Source: Oikopleura dioica (lineage: Eukaryota > Animalia > Chordata). From it: DNA of 64,000 nt. The notes under the pieces were generated by a model. The model was not told where the DNA came from. It was given only the letters and a program-made list of their open reading frames with translations, and ran no database searches. Location: assembly GCA_907165135.1 (NCBI GenBank), contig OU015568.1, forward strand, positions 12,958,001 through 13,022,000, given 5' to 3'. Positions 37,716-47,752 of this stretch are shown piece by piece. How positions within the stretch are numbered: position 1 is the stretch's first letter; every line of letters begins with the position of its first letter. The position numbers and the translations under genes are program-made.

Positions 37716-40700
37716 ATGAGAATGCTAAGAAGAGAATTATTCGTAAACGCTTGGTTTTTTTGCATTGGAATACTCATAGGTAGGGATGGCATACAAAAAT
37801 TAAATCGCGATTGCGAGGTCGCCTGGGAAAACCAAGGGTACCATCTTGTAGAGCAGAAAATTCTGATTCTGATAGGACCCAAAAAAGGATTTTCGTAAAT
37901 AGGTACCTGGATTTTTAGGCACTTTTCTGTAACTCCTCTAAAGGATGCAAAAATTAATTTTTTTTCGTGGAAAGTAGTGTATTTTTATGCGAAAAATCCA
38001 TTTCTGCAAAAAAATTTAACCGCGTAAGAAGAAAAAACCGAGAAAAAAGCTAAAAACTGTCGAGAGAGGAAAACAAAAATCAGTGACGCGGCGGTTACGT
38101 AACAGCGCGGCAGCCGCGTGGCGGCGCTGTTCGCCCGCTTGCCAATTTCACCGCTGGAAACACTTTTCATTGCTATCAAATCCTTATCAGCACTGTATTT
38201 CAATTCATTTGTTAATAATGATCATACATTTTATTTGAATTCTAAAAAGTGGGTTGTTCCTACGGAAGCTCCTGATTCGCGGAAAAGGGATGAAAGGGAA
38301 AAATGATTCCAGGTCCCCTTTTGCCGGTTTTTCTTCGATTCAGTCTTTCAAAACGCGATTTAAAAGCTACTGAATTCGAATTTTGCTATCATGAGTCTTG
38401 AGGAAGGGTTGAATAACCCTTTTCTCGAAGGGAAAGAGAGAGAAAGAGAAAAAATGCTTCCAATTACGATGTCTTGGAATGGCTTTTATCTAAATTCGAT
38501 ATATATTTAACACATAATTAATAAATCAAATATTTTACAATTTAAATCAAATAAAAAGCCAAAAAGACAATCTCAAGCGAATGATTTGCTGCAAAATTGT
38601 TGTTGGCTTCATTGCAGCTCTCGTTATTTTAGCAGTTGGATTTGCTGGTAAGTCTTTTTGATTGAAGCCTTGTTTTTTATTTCGACAATAAATTCTAACT
38701 CATAAATTCAGGTTTCATGGCTGGCTACCGCGTCGGTGCTGATTTGGACGTCGATGGAGTTGACGACGATGCTGCCTACAGAGACGTATTCGATCCGTTC
38801 GACCCCGACAACGAATTCATCACAAGCAGAGAAGGGCAACAGAATCTCGGATAGAATTCAGCTGGCTCTTACTTGCTACTTGTGCACTTTTACATGTAAA
38901 ACACGGCCTGTTTAAATTTAGCTGCAATTTCCCAAGAAGATACATTGAAAAATTACAAACTCTTGGCCATTTTTATCTTAGTATTATAAGTCATAGACTG
39001 TACGAAAGATCTATTAAATTGAAATAAAGAAGTATGATAAAACCGGCGTCTTAGTACTTTATTTATTACTCTGTATCAACTCGAACCGAGAACCACGACA
39101 GTGCAGCGACAGTTTCTCCGGTCGGGGAGCTCACTTGCTCTCGAAACTATAACAATGCGCGATTCATTAAAACACTCCTCATCTGATCTTAGCATCAGGC
39201 CTGATCAGCTGGAGAAAAGGGCCTCATTCAACAGAGCGGTGAGATTTTCAAGATCCGAGTCACTTCTGGGCGATCATTTTTTTCTGCGTGAGAAGCCGCT
39301 GCAATCCGCAGTTAATATTGGAGAGCACATCCGTCGCGATAAGGAGAAACAGGCCCAGAGCTCGCAAACGTCGAACAATCAAACGAGCAAAATGGAGACC
39401 CGGGCCTTCAAGCAAATCATCGAATTCATGAACGCTCGGTCTTTTTAGCGATTTTTTTTCGCTCGAAGATTTTCAGCGATTGAAGTTATGAAAAAAATCT
39501 CTCTACACGAGGCAAGCCCCTTAAATTCAAAAATCACAAAATGGGGCTGAGACGGCCCGAAAGGCCGGCAAGCCCCTTAAATTCAAAAATTAAAAAATTG
39601 GGCTGAGACGGCCCGAAGGGCCGGCAAGCCCCTTAAATTCAAAAATCAAAAAAATGGGGCTGAGACGGCCCGAAAGGCCGGCAAGCCCCTTAAATTCAAA
39701 AATCAAAAAATGGGGCTTAGACGGCCCGAAAGGCCGGCAAGTCCCTTAAATTCAAAAATCAAAAAATGGGGCTGAGACGGCCCGAAGGGCCGGCAAGCCC
39801 CTTAAATTCAAAGATCACAAAATTGGGCTGAGATGGCCCGAAGGGCCGGCAAGCCCCTTAAATTCAAAAATCACAAAATGGGGCTGAGACGGCCCGAAGG
39901 GCCGGCAAGCCCCTTAAATTCAAAGATCACAAATTTTTTGCAGAAATGGATTTTTGCATGAAAATACACTACTTTCCACGAAAAAATTAATTTTTGCATC
40001 CTTTAGAGGAGTTACAGAAAAGTGCCTAAAAATCCAGGTACCTATTTACGAAAATCCTTTTTTGGGTCCTATCTGAATCAGAATTTTCTGCTCTACAAGA
40101 TGGTGCCCTCGGTTTTCCAAGGCGACGTCGCAATCGCGATATAATTTTTTGTATGCCATCCCTACTCATAGGTATTCATCTCCAAATATCAAAATCTGCA
40201 GATACCGAAGAAGAACTTTTCAATGGAAAGAGAACTACAAAGGAAGATATGAAGGAAATTTTTGGAACAAGTGGACGAGAAAGAGGATCTAAGATCTTTA
40301 TTGACAAGAAAAACTTATTGATTTCAAAGCCTATTGATAACAAGGACGAGTTTAAGATGCTTTAGGTTTATTACTCATTGAGAAACGAAATCGAGAGCTC
40401 CGAAAGTTATTTTCCTGGAGCCCAAATCGTGCAACTTCGTTCCCGTCTTCGCCTCTTCCCGATTTCTGCAGCTGCAAATCAGCACCAAAGCCTTCAAAAA
40501 CGATAAATTATGACAAATGGACTGTTCCAAATTATGAAGAACTATCAAATTTCCGAGAAAAGGACATTGAAAACTTCAAAAAATCAAAATTTCATTCTCA
40601 AAACTCGCCACCTTTGATTCTCTCTAAAGCTCAATCGTCGATTGAGTACGTCAGGAAGCGGTCAAAAACCAAAAAATAAAAATTATGAGAAAGCATGAGT

Positions 40701-41964
40701 TGATCGTTGGGAAGTTATGGTTATGATATCAGCCCGGAAGAGCAATTCAACCCATATTTGAAAGTCGTTGCCGACGAGAATGAACATTTTAAATTTGAAT
40801 TCACTGCAACTTATGGCTACTTCCTTATTTCAAAAGAAAACGTCAATATGATCCGGACCAAGGATGAATACTTGCTTGTTCTCAACGAGTGGGCATTGAC
40901 TGAAGATTTGAATGAGATTCTGAAAGATGTGCAGTACATCCCGAAAATTTATGATGCCAGGCCGTTAACTGATATCGTTCACTTCAAGCTAACTCATTAT
41001 TCGTCAGGGAAAGAAGAAAGGGTTGCTTTTCCCGTAACGATTCGACGCAGGGAACTCCCGATATTACAGCTAAGAAGGTCGGATGAAATATCCGAAATGG
41101 TGACCATCGTTACTAAAACTGGACTACGACCATCATGCCTAAAGACGCTTATTTCTTCGATCCGCGAATTCTATCCGAAAGTGACGATTATCGTAGCAGA
41201 CGATTCTCCAAAATCAGAAATAAAAACTGATGAATTTCCGGGGGTCAAATATTATCTTATGCCTGAAGAAGAAGGGTTTTTCGCTGGAAGAGCTCTTGTC
41301 ATCAGTCAAGTCAGAACGCCTTATTTCATCTGGGTGGACGATGATTTCATTTTTACTGAAGATACAAAGGTAGTTTTGATGTCAATTAAATTCTTCAACA
41401 TTTTCAATAGCTCGAGAAATTCGTGGAAGTGGCTGAGGAATCGCAGTTTGATATTGTTGGAGGTCTCGTTGTCAACAAAGGAGATAAAAAAGGAGCTGAT
41501 TGGAACTCATATGACAAGATCAGCATTCAGTATTCTGCAGAAGGCAACTGCTACAAACGAGATAAGCATCAAATTCTCACGAATTTACCTGGCTTTGAAG
41601 GTAAAAAATGAAGAAAATATTTTTTCTTATTACAAACTTCGTTTTAGAGAACTGCATCGTAAACGACATTGTGAAAAACTTCTTTATCGGGAGAACTTCT
41701 ACCGCCGGGTCGATTCGAATGGATCCCAATTTCTCCCAACGAGGCCACAGAGAATTTTTCCTAGACTCGATAGGAAAGTTGCGAATAGCTTTTTGTGATT
41801 TTGTCACGGTATATCATGGGCAAGAAGAGTGCATAAAAAGTCAGCCGAATATTTATGCCGAACGAAGACATCCTCATGGAAGCAATCTTGCGAGACTTGA
41901 GCAGAGTATCGCTGAGAATTGGTTTTTCAGAAATTATTTTTCCTGTCAAACTGATTTTACTTAA
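37716..41964 (+). CDS. B4GALNT1/2: Beta-1,4-N-acetylgalactosaminyltransferase-like (B4GALNT1/2, GT12) type II membrane enzyme
   Basis: Signal anchor AWFFCIGILIGIHL (split by hAT element), VTIVTKT..TIIVADDS, GFFAGRALVISQVRTPYFIWVDDDF. Confidence 0.85.
38581..38854 (+). CDS. Passenger micro-gene inside the hAT element: 69-aa single-TM acidic peptide
   Basis: Exons 38581-38647 and 38712-38854 with canonical GTAAG..TTCAG intron; MICCKIVVGFIAALVILAVGFAGFMAGYRVGADLDVDGVDDDAAYRDVFDPFDPDNEF..; AATAAA near 39021. Confidence 0.65.
39080..39448 (+). pseudogene. Possible decayed hAT transposase C-terminal (dimerisation) remnant
   Basis: LEPRTTTVQRQFLRSGSSL..LETITMR loosely follows the P-x-TS-x-x-ER-x-FS-x-x-G hAT motif; no upstream catalytic core. 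Confidence 0.3.
39511..39933. repeat. 56-bp tandem array, ~7.5 copies, each with a GC hairpin
   Basis: Unit GGCAAGCCCCTTAAATTCAAAAATCACAAAATGGGGCTGAGACGGCCCGAAAGGCC starts at 39511, 39567, 39623, 39680, 39736, 39792, 39848, 39904. Confidence 0.95.
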
Positions 41965-42406
41965 AATATATTTCCACTCTACTCAACTTTGATTCTATCT
42001 TTCAAATAAATTATTTCAATCAAATCATTTCAATCAATGATCACCTCATCGGTAAAAATCAAAAAGCCACTAGAACGCTTCAAATATTCCTACAAAACGA
42101 GTGAGATGAACTCTACGCTTTAGAGCCCACAGCGTACATAATCTTATTTCATAATAACATCTTTTTCGCTGTGAAAATGAATGGAGGAAACACAAAAAGC
42201 GCATCGGTTTCCGACCACGATGCATTGAAGGCGTTTTCTCTTCCTTGTTTCCTATATTCCTATCTTCTCATTTTCATGATTACTTGCATTATTTGCGTGA
42301 CAACCTCAATCATTTTTCCTTGGTGACAGCGGGTATAAAATCGACAGCAAGGATTCCAAAGCTCCCAGAATTTTCGTTTTTCACTTTTCGATAAACCTGA
42401 CAACCG

Positions 42407-44101
42407 ATGAAAGTGCTTGCCTCGGTCCTCTTGGGCCTTTCGCAAGGCGAAATCGTGAACTGCACGGAAGAATATCTCAAACCCCCACTGAATTTAAATT
42501 GCTGTAATTATTAGCATAGTTCTTTAAAAAATATTTTTTCAGCCGGAGAAGCTGCTGACGGTAATAGTTGCGACACAACCACTCATCTATGCTTCACAAC
42601 GCCTGACTGCTATACTGAATACGGATGTAGACTTAAAGACAGCTGCCCTTGTGGAGCCTCTAAAGAGAACGATAGTGTTTGCATTCCTTGTTCCGATTTC
42701 CCAGTTGATCCAATACCCCCTCCATCTCTACCTATTCCAATTCCCCCCTTTGACGGTATCTTCAAAAGCTTTGACTGCACTGTAAATGGAGATTTTACGT
42801 TGAGCTTGAGAGACTCAACCGGATTTCCAAAAGGGAGACCTACGATTCTGCCTGTAAGTACTCCTTATTCACTGTTTCACTAATCAAAATAGGACAATCG
42901 GGAACTCTGCTTCATTGATCGCGACACTTCTCAAAAAGTCAAAGAATTAGCGAAGGAAAATGTAAGCTTTTTGACCCTTCTTTTTTTATAAATTCATATA
43001 AGATCATAACCGGTATTTACGGGGATGTCGGAGAATGCAAATGCCCATTTAATCGCTTTAATGAAGGACCAATTTCTTTTGACGACTGTGGCGTGTTTAA
43101 AGAATCACAGACACCCATTCAAGAAGGCGGAGACTTTTACACAGTGTGGACCTTCGGAATCGGATTCGATGATTTCTACGACCAAACTGTTAGTAGAATA
43201 GCTCTTTATATAATAATCAGAACAAACATAGTCATACAATGCTTCATACTTGAAATATCGAGGATATAGCTGGGAATTCGAGTGCAAAATCAAAACTTCT
43301 GGTGATGTTCAGGAAGCATTTTCTAGCATGGCCTGGGAACGACCTAGTGGCACTGGAGAGTATAAAGCTGAGCTTGAGTTCGACTTGAAGGTTTTTTTCG
43401 AAGGTAAGGATATCCGCCAACCTTGAAATTCCACGCTAGTAAATTTATTAGGTACCCCTGTCACAACGAACGACATCATCGAGCTCGAGGAGAACGATAA
43501 TCGAATCTTTCAATTCAATTTAGACGTAGTTAATGGTATTTATTCGAGATCACCAATTAAATTAAATACACGATTTAGCCCCTGAAAAATATATGCCATT
43601 TTACCGAAAATGCGACTTATTTTTTCATGATGCAAACGACGTGACAAGCAACCTCTTTATGCCCGAAATAATTATTGACGGATGCATAAATCCTGCATAC
43701 GCTGAAGAATTCAGAGTAGAATCCATTGACACGCCAGGAGACGCGCTCACTTGGTTCCGACCAAAAATATTCGAGGTTAGAGAGCTATTACTTTCAATAG
43801 GACAAATGTTTTCTTAAAGGAATCCAACTTTCTCCAGACAGGCGTCCTTGACTGTAAGGTTAGTGGTTGCCAAAACTTCGGTACTCTTGGATGTACTCCT
43901 GGTCCAGCTTGCGTCAGCGATTACCCTGTCATAAGAAATAATGGATCTTCAGGTATTTTTATTTTTTTAAATAAATCTTACCAATTTGTAGAAAACGTTG
44001 CGAGCGAGGAAGTTTCAGCCGTGGTAGAAATGAAAGCTTCTGGAACTCTGACCTACGAACTTTCAACACTGCTTTTATTTCCTCTTTTCTTTTTTAAGTA
44101 A
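42407..44101 (+). CDS. Secreted Cys-rich, zona pellucida (ZP)-domain-like protein with hydrophobic C-terminus
   Basis: Signal MKVLASVLLGLSQG; Cys-rich module, Pro hinge, ZP-like FDDCG..WEFECKIK and IIIDGC..FRPKIF; C-terminal LLLFPLFFFK*. Confidence 0.6.
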
Positions 44102-44482
44102 AGGACAAACATTTGTCATAACAAGCATGTGATAAATGATTTACCACATGTAATTGCTCATCTATCATTTATTATTTAGAAACTTTCTTAGTTAATAAAT
44201 ATTCACGAAAATACTGTTTTAATAGAATTATTTCATCTTCGAACTCGTCATAATAATAATAATAACACAAATTTCTGTAACTAGGCGCTGTTTTATTCAC
44301 CTGCATGGGGAACATCTTGCTCATCACGTGGTACAGTTACAAACAATGGTCATTCTCATGCAGAAAAGAAAGTTAAAAGATGGCCAAAAGAATAAAAAAT
44401 CTCCCAACCATGGATACTTTTTGAACAGAACAGAGAACTTGGCGAGACAGAAAAAGTTGAGCTGTTGCGTTTTCTCAAAGAT

Positions 44483-45054
44483 TTACTCTTCTTCTTCGCC
44501 TTCTTCTTCTTCATCACCTTCCTCGTCGTCACCGTGGGTCATGATGTAGGCGAGGTTCTTAAAATATCGTTTCAAGATAGGCAGGAACTAAAAAAGGTTA
44601 CCTTGTAATCGAAGTTGCCGGATTCATCGATCTTGGCAGCGTCCATCATGGACTTGAGCTCTTCCTCGTTGAATCGGTCAGCCTGAGTGGTGAGGACTTC
44701 GGCGAGGTAGTCCTTGGGGATAGTGCCCTTGCCCTCGGGATCGAAAAGTTTGAAGGCGTTGCAAATGACATCCTCGGAGTCGGTTCCGTGGAGCTTGTCA
44801 GCGAGCATGGAGAGGAAGACAGTGAAGTTGATGGCAGCTGGAGCTTCAGCCATCATCTCGTCGAGCTTGGAGTTCTCGATGGACATGACACCGAGGGAAG
44901 CGTAGGTGGATCGGAGATCCTCCTTATCGATGAATCCGTCTCGGTTAGCATCGATCATGCCGAAGGCTTCCTTGAACTCCTGGATCTGGGACTGCTCGAA
45001 CTGGGAGAAGACGTTCGAGGTTCCTGCCTTCTTCTTTCCCTTCTTTGGTGCCAT
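44483..45054 (-). CDS. Myosin regulatory light chain (EF-hand) with acidic tail
   Basis: [44 protein letters not shown]; GC3-rich codons; last exon [24 protein letters not shown]. Confidence 0.93.
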
Positions 45055-45337
45055 TTTTATTGAGTCTTGGAAAAGATAACTTAGATTTTACTTGATAGAC
45101 AATCTCTTTTCTTACCTCAGCTAGTGAATATAATCCAAACTAAACTAAAGCCAACTGACGTGTCAATCAGTACTTATACGGCAGTGCATGTCTCTTTTTC
45201 ACACTCTCTTAGGGGCGGGAGATAATCCAGCCAGGGCTGTCAATTGCTCATGATTTGAGGTTCAAAGCTTGTAAAAAGGTTGAGTTTATTGCAAGAAACT
45301 ATGTACAGTAAAATTTTTATAGCGTGATTTAGGTAGC

Positions 45338-46964
45338 TTAGGTTTTCACTCGTCTTAGCTGGGACTTGTTTATTACAATCTTTACGACGTCTTCCGATGA
45401 GTCCAAGGTGCGACCGGATTTTTCCATAAACGCCTAAAGACTTGTTAAAAGGATCTCTAAAGCAGTAATATTACTGTTATATTTTCTTCGCTGTTGAGTT
45501 TCTGGTGCATGGACCGATCAAAACATGTGTGTCGCTTCTGTCGATTATTCCAAAAAAGTACCGAGGCTGAATTCAAGGTCATTTCAATTCAGGTAAACCG
45601 AACTCTTACGCATTTCTGGATGAGAAACTCGTTCGCCGATGATAAGAAACGAATAAGGATCCATACGATCATTATTCCAGTGCTTTGAATGTAAAAGTAT
45701 ATTGAACTCCCCGTTAGGCCCGTTATAGAAATTCCAAAATTTCGCATTCCAAACTTGAAAACTACCCCTTTCTGTATCCTTAGGCATTCTTATCATAACG
45801 GAAAATCCGTCATCGTCATAATGCTGAGGAGGAATAGAAACGAGAGCCGCCCAGCCGTAATCTGTCCTTACTACGCCGTTCTTGTTCGTTTTCTTTCTTT
45901 TCCATGCATCAACTATACTTATCTCTGCTTCGCAAGTTGGATACTGACAATTTGTTCGCTTAGGCCAAGGCTCAAGCCATTTCAAGACAGAGTCTTCTAC
46001 CCCCTCTATGCTACATTTTACTCCCGTTAAATCAATCGTCGTCGTTGTTGCTGCTGTTGTTGAGGTTGTCGTCGTTGTCGTCGTGGTCGTCGTTGTCGTA
46101 GAAACAGTTGTTGTAGTTGTCGTGGATATTGGAACACACGAAGTGATTCGCTCGATCTCACTTCTAGACAAAGCGCTAGGGAAAGAAGCATCCATGTGGG
46201 AAGTTTGGAGGTTCAATCCAGCCCCGACAAAGCCATCATTGCAGGTGCAAATGTAAGATGTCGGGGTATCTGTGCAGAAAGCGTTCAAATCACAAGCGTG
46301 CGTTCCTTTAGAAATATTCTTATCAATATGTTAATTTATGGTACCTTCTGCGCACTCATCAACTTCAAGCAAAGAGAATGAGATACTGTCGTGGCAACTT
46401 TGGGTGAAGGGCGCAGTTTGGGTGAGAGGACGATCATCTGGTGAGCAGTCGTCAGACCAGTAAGAGATTTTCGCACCCGTGGCGGACTGCCAATCTTGAT
46501 TTCCTTTAGACACATCCCATGCGTACGGATCATAGTCTTGAATTATGCTTATGCTCATTCCCGAGGCGGAAACCAGCTCAAGTTGTTCAATGCACATTAT
46601 ATCTTTAGCCGCATATCTGAAGGAAATCTTCTCCGCATTGTCCAAATCACCTTCGAGTTCGCCAGACATCTCTTGAACTTTCTTCCCTTGGTAATATTTC
46701 AGGTCAATCATCTGCTCTTCTCCGTCATCTAGTGTCAAAAAGAGGGATTTTCTTGCCCCCGACGCTTCAAAAACTTGATTTTGTTTATGAATTAATATTT
46801 TTCAATCGTTTTTGTGCCAAAAAATGCATCCCTTTTATCGTAAATTCATTCAAAAACATTCCTATAGGCGGGTCTCTACCCTTATCACTGCAAAGCGCCA
46901 TATTTATCGTGAAGACGCCTTCAGAAATCTTCGCCAAAGCAAGCAGCTTGTGAAGAGCTCTCAT
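45338..46964 (-). CDS. Secreted modular protein: beta-sandwich + Ca-EGF + Thr-rich linker + Trp-rich carbohydrate-binding-like domain (house/oikosin-like)
   Basis: EVDECAEG..CDLNAFCTDTPTSYICTCNDGF; TTTTT run; AWK..GWAALVSIP..FQVWNAKFWNFY..KHW. Confidence 0.6.
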
Positions 46965-47752
46965 GTTTTCACTTTTAAAAAATATTCTTGAAAAAAAAAC
47001 TTAAATGTTCAAAAACTGAAATGTGTTGCTTGTATTTAGGAGATTGAGTTTATGTTTGAGCACGTCGGTGAGGCGGCATTCCGGTTTTATAACCGACTTG
47101 AACTAATCCACTATTCACCAGGTGTTCTGACCGCGCGGATCCACGAGTTAAATGCGACAGAAATACATCAAGTCGTCGGGATTACCAGATTGAACTCCTG
47201 TGTTTTTTCGCTTACAACCGCAATCTTCATTACATCACCCCCAGCTTGAAAAAATAGACTCGGCCTGCATTTCATAGATTTTCTTGCTCTCTGCCCTGCA
47301 AAGAAACTCAGAACTTCCATCTTTATGCCATTTTCGGCATTAAGATACTAAGTAATTTTGTTAATTAAGCTGTGCAGATTAAAGCACCATTTATTGAGCT
47401 ACTTTGATTGGAAAATATATCCGTTTTTAACACATGTTACGATTGAAAGCGTAGTGATCAGCTGAAAAGTGTACTTCACAGCTGTTATTGCGTTATTTTT
47501 TTAAAGTTGATTTAACAAGAAACAAAATCAATTTGAAAGAAAGTTGAAATAGGTCAGTGGCAGACGTTTGGAAATCAAGTAAAGGCACATGAAGTACTAG
47601 AAGATAGAAAGCTTTGCGACTTTGAAGCGTTTATAAAACCAGGGTTCTTTTATGATACAGGTACTTTGATTTGTGTGAAAGAAAGGCTCTTGAACCAGCC
47701 AAAAGACCCTCCAAAAGAAGAAGCTTATCAATGGAATTTTAAGGTGAGGTTA

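Larger units (their letters stand above)
37781..40164. mobile_element. Non-autonomous hAT-type element, 2384 bp, ~235-bp TIRs
   Basis: Ends TAGGGATGGCATAC..GTATGCCATCCCTA; 8-bp TSD CTCATAGG at 37773-37780 and 40165-40172; near-perfect inverted repeats 37781-38017 / 39931-40164. Confidence 0.95.

Noticed and set aside
39540-39580. Repeat unit as a hammerhead ribozyme (CTGA..GGCC-GAAA-GGCC)
   Set aside because: Lacks the CUGAUGA core, the GAAA after stem II and a stem III/UH site
39511-39933. Hairpin repeat array as a CRISPR array
   Set aside because: Linkers are near-identical rather than unique spacers, there are no cas genes, and the context is a eukaryotic transposon
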